The notes: a model not told the origin generated them from the letters alone. DNA of 64,000 nucleotides from Candidatus Omnitrophota bacterium (GCA_016206685.1 JACQRB010000014.1:9152-73151); one strand, 5' to 3'. Shown: positions 27,002 through 35,299, counted from the stretch's first letter. Made by a program: numbers and translations.

Positions 27002-28003
27002 ATGAGATCGCGGATGCGTCGGGGCGTGGGGCCACTGTGCGTGGGGATCGCGGCGCTGGCGCTGGCGGGATGCGAGCGGTTCCCGTGGGAAAGCGGCGGG
27101 GGATCGAGCGCCAAGCCCGCCGCAAGCGCGCCCGAATCAGCGGGGCCGCCCCCTGTGCCGTTTGTGCCGGAGCAGGAAACGGTGGCGAAGGTGAACCAGA
27201 CCCCGGTCTCGACGACCGATGTGGAGCTCGCCCTCTCGGAGCTGAAACGCCTCATGCAGGCGTACCAGCAGACCTGGGAGCCGTTGCCGGTGGACGACAC
27301 CCCGGACCGGCTGGACCTGCCCGACGTGGTGAACAATTTGGTGGACTCGGAGCTCAGGACGCAGGATCTCCTGGCTCGGGGCTTAAGTGCGGACGCCAAG
27401 CGCCGCTGGACGTATGTCCAACGGAGTTTCTATTCGCAGGAATGGGACCGATGGCAGCGGGAGCGCGCCCTGCCCGCCGACGAGGAAGTCCACCAGTTCT
27501 ACGAGCAGAACAAAGCGGGCTTCTCGGAGCCGGAGCGCATCCGGGCGAGCCAGGTCGTCATGGACACGCTGGCAGAAGCGGAAGCGGTGCGCTCGCAGGC
27601 GGTCCAGGGAGCCGTCTTCTCCCAGCTCGCCCGTGAGCGGTCCGTCGGGGCGGGCAAGGAGCAGGGGGGAGACATCGGCTGGCATCTGCGGGCGGTGGAC
27701 AAGGAACGGTTGCGGTTGATGGGCCAGCCCTCGCCGGAGCAGGTGTTCTTCCCGCAGCTGGAGCCCGTCGCCTTTGCGTTGGAGGTCAATCAGGTGAGCC
27801 AGCCGGTCAAGGGACCCGACGGCCGCTACTACGTCATCCAGTTGCAGGAACGCAAGTCCGCCCGCCAGCAGACCGAGCTGGAAGTGCGGGACGCCATCAA
27901 GGAACTTCTGACCCTGCAACAGGTCCAGCGCCAACTGGAGCAGTTGCGCCAGAAGGCGCAGGTGGAGCGGTTTGGGGAACGCCTGAACGCGGTGAAGCAG
28001 TGA
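27002..28003 (+). CDS. PpiC/parvulin-type peptidyl-prolyl isomerase lipoprotein (SurA/PrsA-like)
   Basis: A lipobox LALAGC sits near the N-terminus. A parvulin block follows (IRASQVVM...ARERSVGAGKEQGGDIGW...GPDGRYYVIQL). Confidence 0.75.
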   Translation: MRSRMRRGVGPLCVGIAALALAGCERFPWESGGGSSAKPAASAPESAGPPPVPFVPEQETVAKVNQTPVSTTDVELALSELKRLMQAYQQTWEPLPVDDTPDRLDLPDVVNNLVDSELRTQDLLARGLSADAKRRWTYVQRSFYSQEWDRWQRERALPADEEVHQFYEQNKAGFSEPERIRASQVVMDTLAEAEAVRSQAVQGAVFSQLARERSVGAGKEQGGDIGWHLRAVDKERLRLMGQPSPEQVFFPQLEPVAFALEVNQVSQPVKGPDGRYYVIQLQERKSARQQTELEVRDAIKELLTLQQVQRQLEQLRQKAQVERFGERLNAVKQ

Positions 28004-28130
28004 TCCCCCCACCTGTTGGGCTTCGCCGCCACCAGTCTGAGACGCGACCGAAGGCGAAGCGGTCGCTGTCCCTGCGGCATTCCTTGCGTCGTGACAGCGA
28101 CCGGCCTTTGGCCAACCAACAGGTGGGGGG
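28004..28130 (+). repeat. Structured intergenic element, copy C (same architecture, different sequence)
   Basis: The outer 15-bp arms are ccccccacctgttgg (28005-28019) / ccaacaggtgggggg (28116-28130). Inner hairpins are gcttcgcc/ggcgaagc, ggtcgctgtc/gacagcgacc and ggcc/ggcc. It lies between the PpiC TGA and the cpaB ATG 28131. Confidence 0.8.
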
Positions 28131-29009
28131 ATGATCCCGTTGAGCGCGCCGGTCAAGAAATTCCTCCCCCTGATCTTTGCCGTGGTGATGGGGCTGCTGG
28201 CGGTCGGCTTGGTTCGTCGGTACCTCGGCCAGCAACGCCGGGCGTTGGAGCTTGAGCGTCAGCGGCTCATGGTGAATTACCAGGATCCGGTCGAGGTGGT
28301 GGTGGCGGCGAAGGACCTCCCTGCCGGGGTCACGTTGGAGCCGGCGCATTTGACGCTCGCCAAGGTCCCCGAGCGGTTCATGCAGCCCTATGCCACCCGC
28401 ATGCCGCAGCCACTGGTGGGCATGGTCACGGGCGCCCCCATCGCCGAAGGGGAGCAGGTCTTGCTCAACAAAATCCGCCGCCCGGAAGACGTTCCAACTA
28501 ATGCGACACTCTCCGATCTCACCCCCAAAGGCAAGCGGGCGGTCACCGTCTCGGTGGATATCATCACCGGCGTCGGCGGATTCATTCAGCCCGGCGATAC
28601 CGTGGACGTCCTCTGGACCTTAAAACTGCCCGCGGCAGGAGGGCAAGATGGCCAGGTGGTCACGTTGACCTTGTTCCAGGATGTCCCGATTCTCGCGGTG
28701 GCGCACGAGTTCCTGGGGCAGGGCAAGCGACCGGTGAAACCTGCTGAAGCGGAACACACGGTGACGCTCGCGTTGAGCCCGCAGGAAACCGCCTTTCTGC
28801 TCTTTGCGAGGGAGCAGGGACGGATTCAGCTCAGCCTGCGCTCCCAGTTGGATGGCGATGCGCAGGTGACCGTCGCCCCGGCGAGCATCAACACGCTGAT
28901 GGAGCAACTCCTGGGCAGTCAAGCCGGGGCGCCGACGAAAGCCCCTCGTCAGGTCGAAGTCTACAAGGGGCTCAAGCGGGACGTCGTGGTGCTCTCGGAA
29001 CAGCAATGA
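28131..29009 (+). CDS. cpaB: Flp pilus assembly protein CpaB/RcpC
   Basis: An N-terminal TM is followed by a SAF-like segment (VVVAAKDLPAGVTLEPAHLTL..VP) and an RcpC-like C-terminal domain. Confidence 0.8.
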   Translation: MIPLSAPVKKFLPLIFAVVMGLLAVGLVRRYLGQQRRALELERQRLMVNYQDPVEVVVAAKDLPAGVTLEPAHLTLAKVPERFMQPYATRMPQPLVGMVTGAPIAEGEQVLLNKIRRPEDVPTNATLSDLTPKGKRAVTVSVDIITGVGGFIQPGDTVDVLWTLKLPAAGGQDGQVVTLTLFQDVPILAVAHEFLGQGKRPVKPAEAEHTVTLALSPQETAFLLFAREQGRIQLSLRSQLDGDAQVTVAPASINTLMEQLLGSQAGAPTKAPRQVEVYKGLKRDVVVLSEQQ

Positions 29010-30634
29010 TGAGGAAGCGCTTCGCGCTGCTGGGGCTGATGCTTGCCGGGCTGTGGGTCGCCTCGGCGTGGGCGCAGCCGGTTTCCGCCGAGCGCGACGC
29101 CACGGCATCCTCGCCGGCCGCCAGCCAGGATCAGAGCGTCCCTGCCATCATCTTCCTTGAGCCCAGGCAAATCCGCAGCATGGCGGTGGAGGACGTCAAA
29201 CGGATTGCGGTGGGCGATCCGGACATCGTGGATGTGACGATCGTCTCCTCCAACGAAGTCCTCCTGCACGCCAAGGCGGCCGGCACGACGAACCTCATCC
29301 TGTGGGATCATCAGGGGCAGCGTGTCACCAACGTCGAGGTCGTGGACCGGCTGCCGGAAGCCCTTGAAGCCCAACTGCGCCAGCTCCTCACCCAGCTCAA
29401 CGTGCCGGGGGTGCAGGTGAAGCGGGAACACGGCAAGCTCTTTCTCATCGGGCAAGTCTTCAGGAAAGAGGAGTTCGAGCGTCTGGAGCAGATGCTCTCC
29501 GCCTATCCCGGCGTCACAAACCTGGCGCAAATCTCCGAGTCGGCCCCTGCGCCCTCGCTGCTGCCGCCGTTGGTGAAATTGTCGGTTCAAGTGATCGAGA
29601 TTAACCGCTCGGACCTGGAGCGGTTGGGCGTGCGCTGGTCGGAGTCCGTGGCATTCACCGAGCCGGAGGCGACCGACCGGACCGCGCACGACGCGCTCTT
29701 GCGGTGGGGCACCTCGCTCACGCGGGGCAGCACCTCCTGGACGCTGAACGCCCTGGTCAAACAGAACCGGGCGCGCATCCTTGCCGAACCGAAGCTCGTC
29801 ACCGCCAACGGCAAGCAAGCCTCCTCCTTCATCGGGGTGGAAGTGCCGGTGATCACGGCGACGACCTTCAGCACCACGACCTCGGCGGTCAGCACCAGCA
29901 TCGAGTTCCGCCAGACCGGGGTGTTGTTGAAGATGACGCCGAATATCCACACCAGCGACCATAAGATCACGACGGCCATCGAGGCCGAGGTCTCAAGCGT
30001 GGATAACTCGGTGGCGCTGAGCGTGCCGGTCGGCAACCAGACGGTGGCGGTGCCGGGCTTTTCGGTGCGCAAAGCGAATACGGAAGTGACCACCGCCTCA
30101 GGCGAGACCGTCATGATCGCCGGCTTGTTGCAGACCGAGGACACCAAGGATGTCAGCCAGGTGCCGGGCTTGGGCGGCATGCCGGTGGTGGGTCGTCTCT
30201 TCCGCTCACCGGAAACCGAGTCCACGCAGCGGGAACTGGTCATCGCGGTCACGCCGGAACTCCTCGGCGAGGAGGAGGTCAGTCCCGAGAAGGCGCTGAC
30301 GGTGGAGGAAGCGCTGTCGGTTGCGGAAAACGCCGCCTCGGCGGAGAACCCGCGGTTGCGCTACGTGCTGCAGGTCGAGGAGCGCATCGCCAAGTCCCTG
30401 CGGTATCCGACCCGCGAAAAGGACCTCAATGCGAGCGGGCAGGTGAAGCTGCGCGTCCACCTGTTGCGGGACGGCACCCTCAAGCAAGCGGTCATCTCCG
30501 AGTCCTCCGGGTTTGAGGCCTTTGACCAGGCTGCCCTCAACGCGGCACGGAGCCAATCCCCCTTCCCGCCGTTTCCCTCCGACCTGACCCAAGGGGAGCT
30601 GTGGCTTGAGCTGCCGGTCCTCTTTCGTCCCTAG
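29006..30634 (+). CDS. cpaC: Secretin (CpaC/RcpA-like) with a C-terminal TonB-C-like domain
   Basis: A signal peptide precedes the secretin core (ARILAEPKLVTANGKQASSFIGVEVP...VPGFSVRKANTEVTTASGETVMIAGLL...VPGLGGMPVVGRLFRS...ELVIAVTPELL). The last roughly 95 aa (YPTREKDLNASGQVKLRVHLLRDGTLKQAVISESSGFEAFDQAALNAAR..SPFPPFP) resemble TonB_C. Confidence 0.8.
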   Translation: MMRKRFALLGLMLAGLWVASAWAQPVSAERDATASSPAASQDQSVPAIIFLEPRQIRSMAVEDVKRIAVGDPDIVDVTIVSSNEVLLHAKAAGTTNLILWDHQGQRVTNVEVVDRLPEALEAQLRQLLTQLNVPGVQVKREHGKLFLIGQVFRKEEFERLEQMLSAYPGVTNLAQISESAPAPSLLPPLVKLSVQVIEINRSDLERLGVRWSESVAFTEPEATDRTAHDALLRWGTSLTRGSTSWTLNALVKQNRARILAEPKLVTANGKQASSFIGVEVPVITATTFSTTTSAVSTSIEFRQTGVLLKMTPNIHTSDHKITTAIEAEVSSVDNSVALSVPVGNQTVAVPGFSVRKANTEVTTASGETVMIAGLLQTEDTKDVSQVPGLGGMPVVGRLFRSPETESTQRELVIAVTPELLGEEEVSPEKALTVEEALSVAENAASAENPRLRYVLQVEERIAKSLRYPTREKDLNASGQVKLRVHLLRDGTLKQAVISESSGFEAFDQAALNAARSQSPFPPFPSDLTQGELWLELPVLFRP

Positions 30635-30723
30635 CCAGGCCTCCTCCGGTTTCTCCCCGGTCTTTATTGTTTTTTCAGCGATTTTGAGGCATACTTTGTC
30701 ATGATAACAGTTTTTTGAATCCG

Positions 30724-32754
30724 ATGCAGGTGAAACCACAGGTCATCTCGTGTTTCAGCACCAAAGGGGGGGTCGGCAAGACGCTCATCGTGACGAATCT
30801 TGCCACGACCCTGAGCCGCCATCAGTTCCGCAAGACGGCGCTCATCAGTCTCGCCCCGATCGAGCATGACGTCACCGCGATGCTCGATTCCTCGAACGTC
30901 CATCGGGTCACCGAGCTCCTCACGCCCGCCTCGTTGCCCGGCGTGCTGGCCACGCTGCGACAGGCCTACAGCTTCGTGGTGATTGACGCCGGCTCGGTGT
31001 TCAGCGAGCTGGCGCTGGCGGCGTTTGAGCACTCCAATCTCCTCCTCCTCGTCACCACGCCGGACGTGATTGCCATCCGCCATGCCGTCAAATCTGCGGA
31101 AGCCCTGGAAGCCATGCGGGTGCCGCTGCGCATGGTCAAAGCCGTGATCAACCGGGCGGAGAGCCGGGGGAACTTCCGCTCCGCCGAAGTCAGGGCGCAC
31201 CTGCCCATCGAGGTCGTCGCCGAGATCCCCTCGGAGGGGCGGTTGGTCGGGCTGTCCCTGAATCAGGGGCGCCCGCTCGTGCTGGCCAACGAGCGCGGGC
31301 GGATTACCGATGCGTTCCTGCGGTTTGGGCGGTTCCTCGTCGAGCACCCCGAGCTGTTTGTGGAGCACGTCGAGTTGGACCGCTCCAAGCGGCCCTCCAT
31401 GCCGATCCCTCAGCCGGTGTCGCTGGCCAGCCTGGCGCATCAAGCCGGGCTCCCCGACGCCCACGAGCCGGAGGACCCCGTCGTGGCGCTGAAGCGCCGG
31501 GTCCATGCCCGCTTGCTGGAAAAATTCGACTTGAAGCGGCTCGACACCCAAACCGCCAATAACCCCACGGTGGTGGGCCAACTGCGGGAACAGACGGGCA
31601 AGGCCGCCCTGGAGCTCCTCGTCGAAGAGGGAGGGTTCGTGCCGGGCGCGGATGCGCGGGAGCAGCTCGTCAAAGAAATCGTGGATGAGGCGCTGGGATT
31701 GGGGCCCCTGGAAGACCTGATCGCCGACGACGAGGTCTCCGACATCCTGGTCAACGGCAAGGACCAGATCTACATCGAGAAGCGCGGCAAGCTCCACCTG
31801 ACCGACAAGCGGTTCGTCTCCAACGACCAGGTGCTGACCGTCATCGAGCGCATCATCGCCCCCCTGGGGCGGCGCATTGACGAGTCCACCCCCATGGTGG
31901 ACGCCCGCTTGCCCGACGGGTCCCGTGTCAATGCGATTATTCAGCCGCTGTCTCTCCGCGGCCCGATGCTCTCCATCCGGAAGTTCCGGACCGAGCGCTT
32001 CTCCATGGAGGACCTCATCCGTCTGGGGACCCTCACCCCGGCGATGGCGCAGTTCCTCACCGTGTGCGTGAAAGCGCGCAAGAACATCATCGTGTCCGGC
32101 GGGACCGGCTCCGGCAAGACGACGACGTTGAATGTGCTCTCCGGCTGTATCCCGCCCGGTGAGCGCATCGTGACGATTGAGGACGCCGCGGAATTGCGCC
32201 TCCACCAGGAGCACTGGGTGCCGCTGGAAGCGCGTCCCCCGAACATCGAGGGCCGGGGGATGATCACGATCCGCCAGTTGTTCCGCAACGCCCTGCGCAT
32301 GCGCCCGGACCGCATCATCATCGGCGAGTGTCGTGGGGATGAGACGCTCGACATGCTCCAAGCCATGAATACGGGGCACGACGGCTCGCTCACGACGCTC
32401 CATGCCAACTCGCCGCAGGATGTCATCTCGCGGCTGGACTCCCTCATCCTGATGAGCAACGTGGAACTCCCCGTGAGGGCCGTGCGGGAGCAAATCGTCT
32501 CGGCGATCCACCTCATCGTGCACACCGCCCGCCTGTCGGACGGCTCCCGCAAGGTCACCCATATCACCGAGATCACGGGGATGGATGAGCATACCGGTGT
32601 GACGTTCGGGGATCTGTTCCTGTTCCACCAGCGCGGCGTCGGGGCTGGGAACGAGGTCCTTGGCGAGTTCAAGCCGGCGGGGCGGCTGCCCTCGTTCCTG
32701 GATGAGCTGCGGGCCAAGGGGCTTGCGCTGGATGAGGCGATGTTTCACCCGTAG
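30724..32754 (+). CDS. Fusion of a CpaE/TadZ-like ParA/MinD ATPase domain with a CpaF/TadA secretion ATPase (paralog 2)
   Basis: The N-terminus has a deviant Walker A (VISCFSTKGGVGKTLIVTNLA..VVIDAG). The C-terminal half is CpaF (VSDILVNGKDQIYIEKRG, SGGTGSGKTTTLNVL, RMRPDRIIIGECRGDETLDMLQAMNTGHDGSLTTLHANSP). The start is TTG 30715 or ATG 30724. Confidence 0.85.
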   Translation: MQVKPQVISCFSTKGGVGKTLIVTNLATTLSRHQFRKTALISLAPIEHDVTAMLDSSNVHRVTELLTPASLPGVLATLRQAYSFVVIDAGSVFSELALAAFEHSNLLLLVTTPDVIAIRHAVKSAEALEAMRVPLRMVKAVINRAESRGNFRSAEVRAHLPIEVVAEIPSEGRLVGLSLNQGRPLVLANERGRITDAFLRFGRFLVEHPELFVEHVELDRSKRPSMPIPQPVSLASLAHQAGLPDAHEPEDPVVALKRRVHARLLEKFDLKRLDTQTANNPTVVGQLREQTGKAALELLVEEGGFVPGADAREQLVKEIVDEALGLGPLEDLIADDEVSDILVNGKDQIYIEKRGKLHLTDKRFVSNDQVLTVIERIIAPLGRRIDESTPMVDARLPDGSRVNAIIQPLSLRGPMLSIRKFRTERFSMEDLIRLGTLTPAMAQFLTVCVKARKNIIVSGGTGSGKTTTLNVLSGCIPPGERIVTIEDAAELRLHQEHWVPLEARPPNIEGRGMITIRQLFRNALRMRPDRIIIGECRGDETLDMLQAMNTGHDGSLTTLHANSPQDVISRLDSLILMSNVELPVRAVREQIVSAIHLIVHTARLSDGSRKVTHITEITGMDEHTGVTFGDLFLFHQRGVGAGNEVLGEFKPAGRLPSFLDELRAKGLALDEAMFHP

Positions 32755-32755
32755 G

Positions 32756-33106
32756 ATGGCCGTGCTCATGAATGTGACGCGCCACCACGTCGTGGCGCAG
32801 CGCGCGCAGGCGGCCAGAGGGCTCCTGGCACGCATGGTCGGCTTGCTGGGTCGTGACGCCTTGCCGGCGGGGGAGGCGATGGTGTTTCCCTGGTGCAACT
32901 CCATCCATACCGTGGGGATGCGCTTTCCCATTGATGCGATCTTTGTTGATCAGCAGTGGCAGGTGGTGTCGTGGCGATCCGGCGTGCGTCCGTGGAGGGT
33001 GGTGTGGCCGGTGCGGGGAGCCTGGGGAGTGGTCGAGATGGCCCAGGGGACCCTGGATCGCCTGGGGCTGAAGGTCGGTGATCAGCTCCATCTAGCCGAG
33101 TCGTAA
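32756..33106 (+). CDS. DUF192 (COG1430) family protein
   Basis: About 116 aa containing GLLGRDALPAGEAMVFPWCNSIHTVGMRFPIDAIFVD and a final GVVEM..G block typical of DUF192. Confidence 0.7.
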   Translation: MAVLMNVTRHHVVAQRAQAARGLLARMVGLLGRDALPAGEAMVFPWCNSIHTVGMRFPIDAIFVDQQWQVVSWRSGVRPWRVVWPVRGAWGVVEMAQGTLDRLGLKVGDQLHLAES

Positions 33107-33156
33107 CACGAAGCGGTGGAAGGGGAAAGATGAGAGATTTTGGGCTTGAGTTTGGC

Positions 33157-33186
33157 TTGACAAGCGCGCCCGGCGTTCACTATACT
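33157..33186 (+). promoter_or_regulatory. Consensus sigma70-type promoter of the pilin operon
   Basis: TTGACA (33157-62), an 18-nt spacer, then TATACT (33181-86). It lies in a 260-nt intergenic region directly upstream of the riboswitch. Confidence 0.6.
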
Positions 33187-33194
33187 TGTAAGTA

Positions 33195-33318
33195 CCGTGA
33201 GGCCGAGAAAGGCAAACTCGCCGAAAGGCGGGGTCGCAAAGCTTCGGGTCTTCACTCTCTGAACACACGCTGTGGGAGGCGTGTGGCGTTCTCGGGGAGC
33301 AGATAGCCGGGCTGCCGA
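33195..33318 (+). promoter_or_regulatory. c-di-GMP-I (GEMM-I) riboswitch aptamer
   Basis: AGGCAAACUCGCCGAAAGGCGGGGUCGCAAAGCUUCGGG aligns almost position-for-position with the Vibrio Vc2 aptamer core GGGCAAACCAUUCGAAAGAGUGGGACGCAAAGCCUCCGG (GNRA loop, GCAAAGC bulge). A second helix ends ...CGGGGAGCAGAUAGCCGGGCUGCC, compared with CCGGUAGGUAGCGGGGUUACC in Vc2. Confidence 0.78.
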
Positions 33319-33338
33319 ATAGGCGGACCGGTTTTTTA
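33307..33338 (+). terminator. Intrinsic terminator forming the riboswitch expression platform
   Basis: The stem ccgggctgcc / ggcggaccgg (one mismatch, one G-U) is followed by TTTTTT. Its 5' arm overlaps the 3' end of the aptamer. Confidence 0.65.
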
Positions 33339-33365
33339 TTTGGAGATAATCTAAAAAGATATAAA

Positions 33366-33566
33366 ATGGCTCTTCATATGATTGTATTAGTTATAGTAAA
33401 TGTCGTTAGGCGGAGCAGGACAAGCGGGCAAGCGATGATCGAGTACGCGATCCTCTTCGCGGTGATCGCGGTGCTCACCGTCATCGGCGTGACGACCTTC
33501 GATGACTCGGTCAAGACCGCCTTGCAAGGCTTCTTCAATGCGGCAGCCAACAAGATCGCCAAATAA
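33366..33566 (+). CDS. flp: Flp-family pilin (short, classical type), paralog 1
   Basis: Leader ...RRSRTSG then QAMIEYAILFAVIAVLTVIG. This is the G/xxxxEY prepilin motif with a hydrophobic helix and a short tail. The exact start is uncertain because the 5' region is AT-rich. Confidence 0.75.
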   Translation: MALHMIVLVIVNVVRRSRTSGQAMIEYAILFAVIAVLTVIGVTTFDDSVKTALQGFFNAAANKIAK

Positions 33567-33567
33567 A

Positions 33568-33635
33568 ATGCGGAATGCGGAATGCGGAATGCGGAATGTC
33601 AATCGCCACGCCGCACGCCGCACTCCGCACTCCGC
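33568..33635. repeat. Heptamer tandem-repeat hairpin module between pilin 1 and pilin 2
   Basis: atgcgga x4 (33568-33595), a 12-nt spacer, then acgccgc x2 plus actccgc x2 (33608-33635). Its first ATG is the in-frame candidate start of pilin 2. Confidence 0.9.
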
Positions 33636-33801
33636 ACTTGGAAAGGGACAGGCGGTGCTGGAATACGCCGTCCTGATTGGGATCGTCGCCGCGGCGCTCA
33701 TCGCCATGCAGCTCTACGTCCGGCGATCCATCCAGGCGAACCTCAAGGTGCTGGAAGACCAGGTGAACGCGGAAGCGGTGAAACCTGTACTCGTCCAGTA
33801 G
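33568..33801 (+). CDS. Flp-like pilin, MQxYxxR subfamily, paralog 2
   Basis: ...GKG then QAVLEYAVLIGIVAAALIAMQLYVRRSIQANLKVLEDQV. The leader peptide is encoded by the heptamer module, and the start could be 33568 or 33589. Confidence 0.7.
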   Translation: MRNAECGMRNVNRHAARRTPHSALGKGQAVLEYAVLIGIVAAALIAMQLYVRRSIQANLKVLEDQVNAEAVKPVLVQ

Positions 33802-33876
33802 ATTAGTACGCAGAACTAACCGCGGTCTTCGCAGTCGCTCTGCGGTTTCCGCGGTTGCAAAGGGAGGGGAGACAGC

Positions 33877-34092
33877 ATGAAGAAGAGGCGACTGGTTACT
33901 GGTTACTGGTCACTGGTCACTACCAGAGGGCAGAGCACGCTGGAATACATCCTGGTGCTGGCTGCCATTATTGCCGCAATCGCGATCGCGGCGGGCACGC
34001 TCATTAAACCGGCGGTGACCAAGACGATGAACGACACCAAAACGGTGATCGAGGACGCGACAGGGAAGCTCAAGGACGGGCTGAGCCTGTGA
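33877..34092 (+). CDS. Flp-family pilin (short type), paralog 3
   Basis: SD gggagggg precedes the start. The leader MKKRRLVTGYWSLVTTRG is followed by QSTLEYILVLAAIIAAIAIAAG. The leader contains a 4x heptamer tract (33892-33926). Confidence 0.8.
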   Translation: MKKRRLVTGYWSLVTTRGQSTLEYILVLAAIIAAIAIAAGTLIKPAVTKTMNDTKTVIEDATGKLKDGLSL

Positions 34093-34127
34093 AGGGCGCG
34101 AGCCCGACGGGAGGAGGTGAGCAGACG

Positions 34128-34490
34128 ATGACGCGCAGGGGCATGGGAGGACAGTCCACGGCGGAGTACGTCATCCTCATCAGCGTGGTGCTGGCGGCGA
34201 CGGTCGCCATGCAGATGTACGTCAAGCGCGGATTGCAGGGCAAGGTCAAGGACGTGACCGATAACGTGGGCTTTGGCCTGAAGGACGCCGGCTTCACGGC
34301 GCTGACCAACCAGTACGAGCCTTACTATGCGGTCTCGGACTTCAACGTCAGCCAGAAGCAGAGCACCAAGACCAGCGTGACGGACGGCTACAAGGTGAGC
34401 CGCGTGACCGATCTCGATGAGACGAAGCGGACCGGGGTGTCCAAGCAAGAGGTGGACCTCAGCAAAGACAATCAGTGGCTCGCGCAGTAA
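34128..34490 (+). CDS. Flp-like pilin with extended C-terminal domain, paralog 4
   Basis: SD GGAGGAGG precedes the start. MTRRGMGG is followed by QSTAEYVILISVVLAATVAMQMYVKRGLQGKVKDV and a tail of about 80 aa. Confidence 0.8.
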   Translation: MTRRGMGGQSTAEYVILISVVLAATVAMQMYVKRGLQGKVKDVTDNVGFGLKDAGFTALTNQYEPYYAVSDFNVSQKQSTKTSVTDGYKVSRVTDLDETKRTGVSKQEVDLSKDNQWLAQ

Positions 34491-34497
34491 CACGCAC

Positions 34498-34881
34498 ATG
34501 GCGAAGGGGGTGAAGGTGACAATGAGCAGGCTGACAGGGCGACGCGGGCCCCGTAGGACGTTTGTCCAACGGGGCGGGCAGAGCACGGTGGAGCTCGCCG
34601 TGCTGGTTGCCGTGATTACGGGGGCGCTCCTGGCGATGCAGATTTACGTCAAGCGCGGCGCGATGGGCAAGCTCCGGGACGCCGCGGACCAAGCCGGCGA
34701 GCAATTCACGCCGTTGAACACCACCTCCGAATTCACGGTCACCAGGAACAGCGCCAGGACGGAAAAGACCGAGGCGACCGGACTGACGACGGCGACCCTC
34801 ACGCAAGATGACCAAACCCGCACGGGAGCGGAACAGGTGACCACGCGGCTCGATGAGGAAAAGCTCTTCAAGCAACCATAA
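34498..34881 (+). CDS. Flp-like pilin with extended C-terminal domain, paralog 5
   Basis: ...FVQRGG is followed by QSTVELAVLVAVITGALLAMQIYVKRGAMGKLRDAADQAGEQF. The alternative start is ATG 34522. Confidence 0.8.
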   Translation: MAKGVKVTMSRLTGRRGPRRTFVQRGGQSTVELAVLVAVITGALLAMQIYVKRGAMGKLRDAADQAGEQFTPLNTTSEFTVTRNSARTEKTEATGLTTATLTQDDQTRTGAEQVTTRLDEEKLFKQP

Positions 34882-35299
34882 GCGCGTTGCCGCTTGCGCC
34901 GCGCAGTCCGTGACGGAATACGCCGTCCTGATCGGGCTGCTGACCGCCGCGGTGCTCGGGATGCAGCTCTACCTCAAGCGCGGCATCCAGGCCGGCGTCA
35001 AGGTGGCGGCGGACCAGATGAGCCCGCACGCCAACGACCCGACCGGAGAGAAGGCGCAGGTTGATGGCATGCGCTACGAGTCCGGCGAACGGAGCCAGGC
35101 CGTCGTCGCCACGGGCAGCGTCTTGGAGCGGAAGTCGGCGGCGCGGACGCTGCGCCAGCGGACCGCCAACATGACCGCCACCACAGGCGGCGGGGTGCAG
35201 CGGCAGATTGCCACGGATACCGCCGCCACGTCGGGCGTCCTGCCGGAAGGGGGAAGTGGGGTGGCGTCTCGCTCGGAGGTGGTGGTGGATGTGCGCTAA
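34853..35299 (+). CDS. Flp-like pilin with extended C-terminal domain, paralog 6
   Basis: ...ACAA is followed by QSVTEYAVLIGLLTAAVLGMQLYLKRGIQAGVKVAADQM. Ala replaces Gly at the -1 position. It overlaps the previous gene by 29 nt. Confidence 0.7.
   Translation: MRKSSSSNHKRVAACAAQSVTEYAVLIGLLTAAVLGMQLYLKRGIQAGVKVAADQMSPHANDPTGEKAQVDGMRYESGERSQAVVATGSVLERKSAARTLRQRTANMTATTGGGVQRQIATDTAATSGVLPEGGSGVASRSEVVVDVR

Noticed and set aside
30635-30723. AT-rich gap between the secretin and the CpaE-CpaF fusion as an internal promoter.
   Set aside because: TTGAGG and TTGTTT hexamers are present, but no -10 box lies at acceptable spacing. I could not support a promoter call from sequence alone.
33568-33635. 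The possibility that the short tandem repeats here and at 9834, 23925 and 36665 form a CRISPR array.
   Set aside because: The units are only 7 nt, directly abutting, with no unique spacers. The blocks occur singly as inverted pairs, and no cas genes are present in the window.
33387-33707. 106-aa minus-strand ORF across the pilin 1 / pilin 2 junction.
   Set aside because: It lies opposite two ORFs with clear prepilin signatures and runs through the palindromic repeat, which reads open on both strands. It has no start signals.
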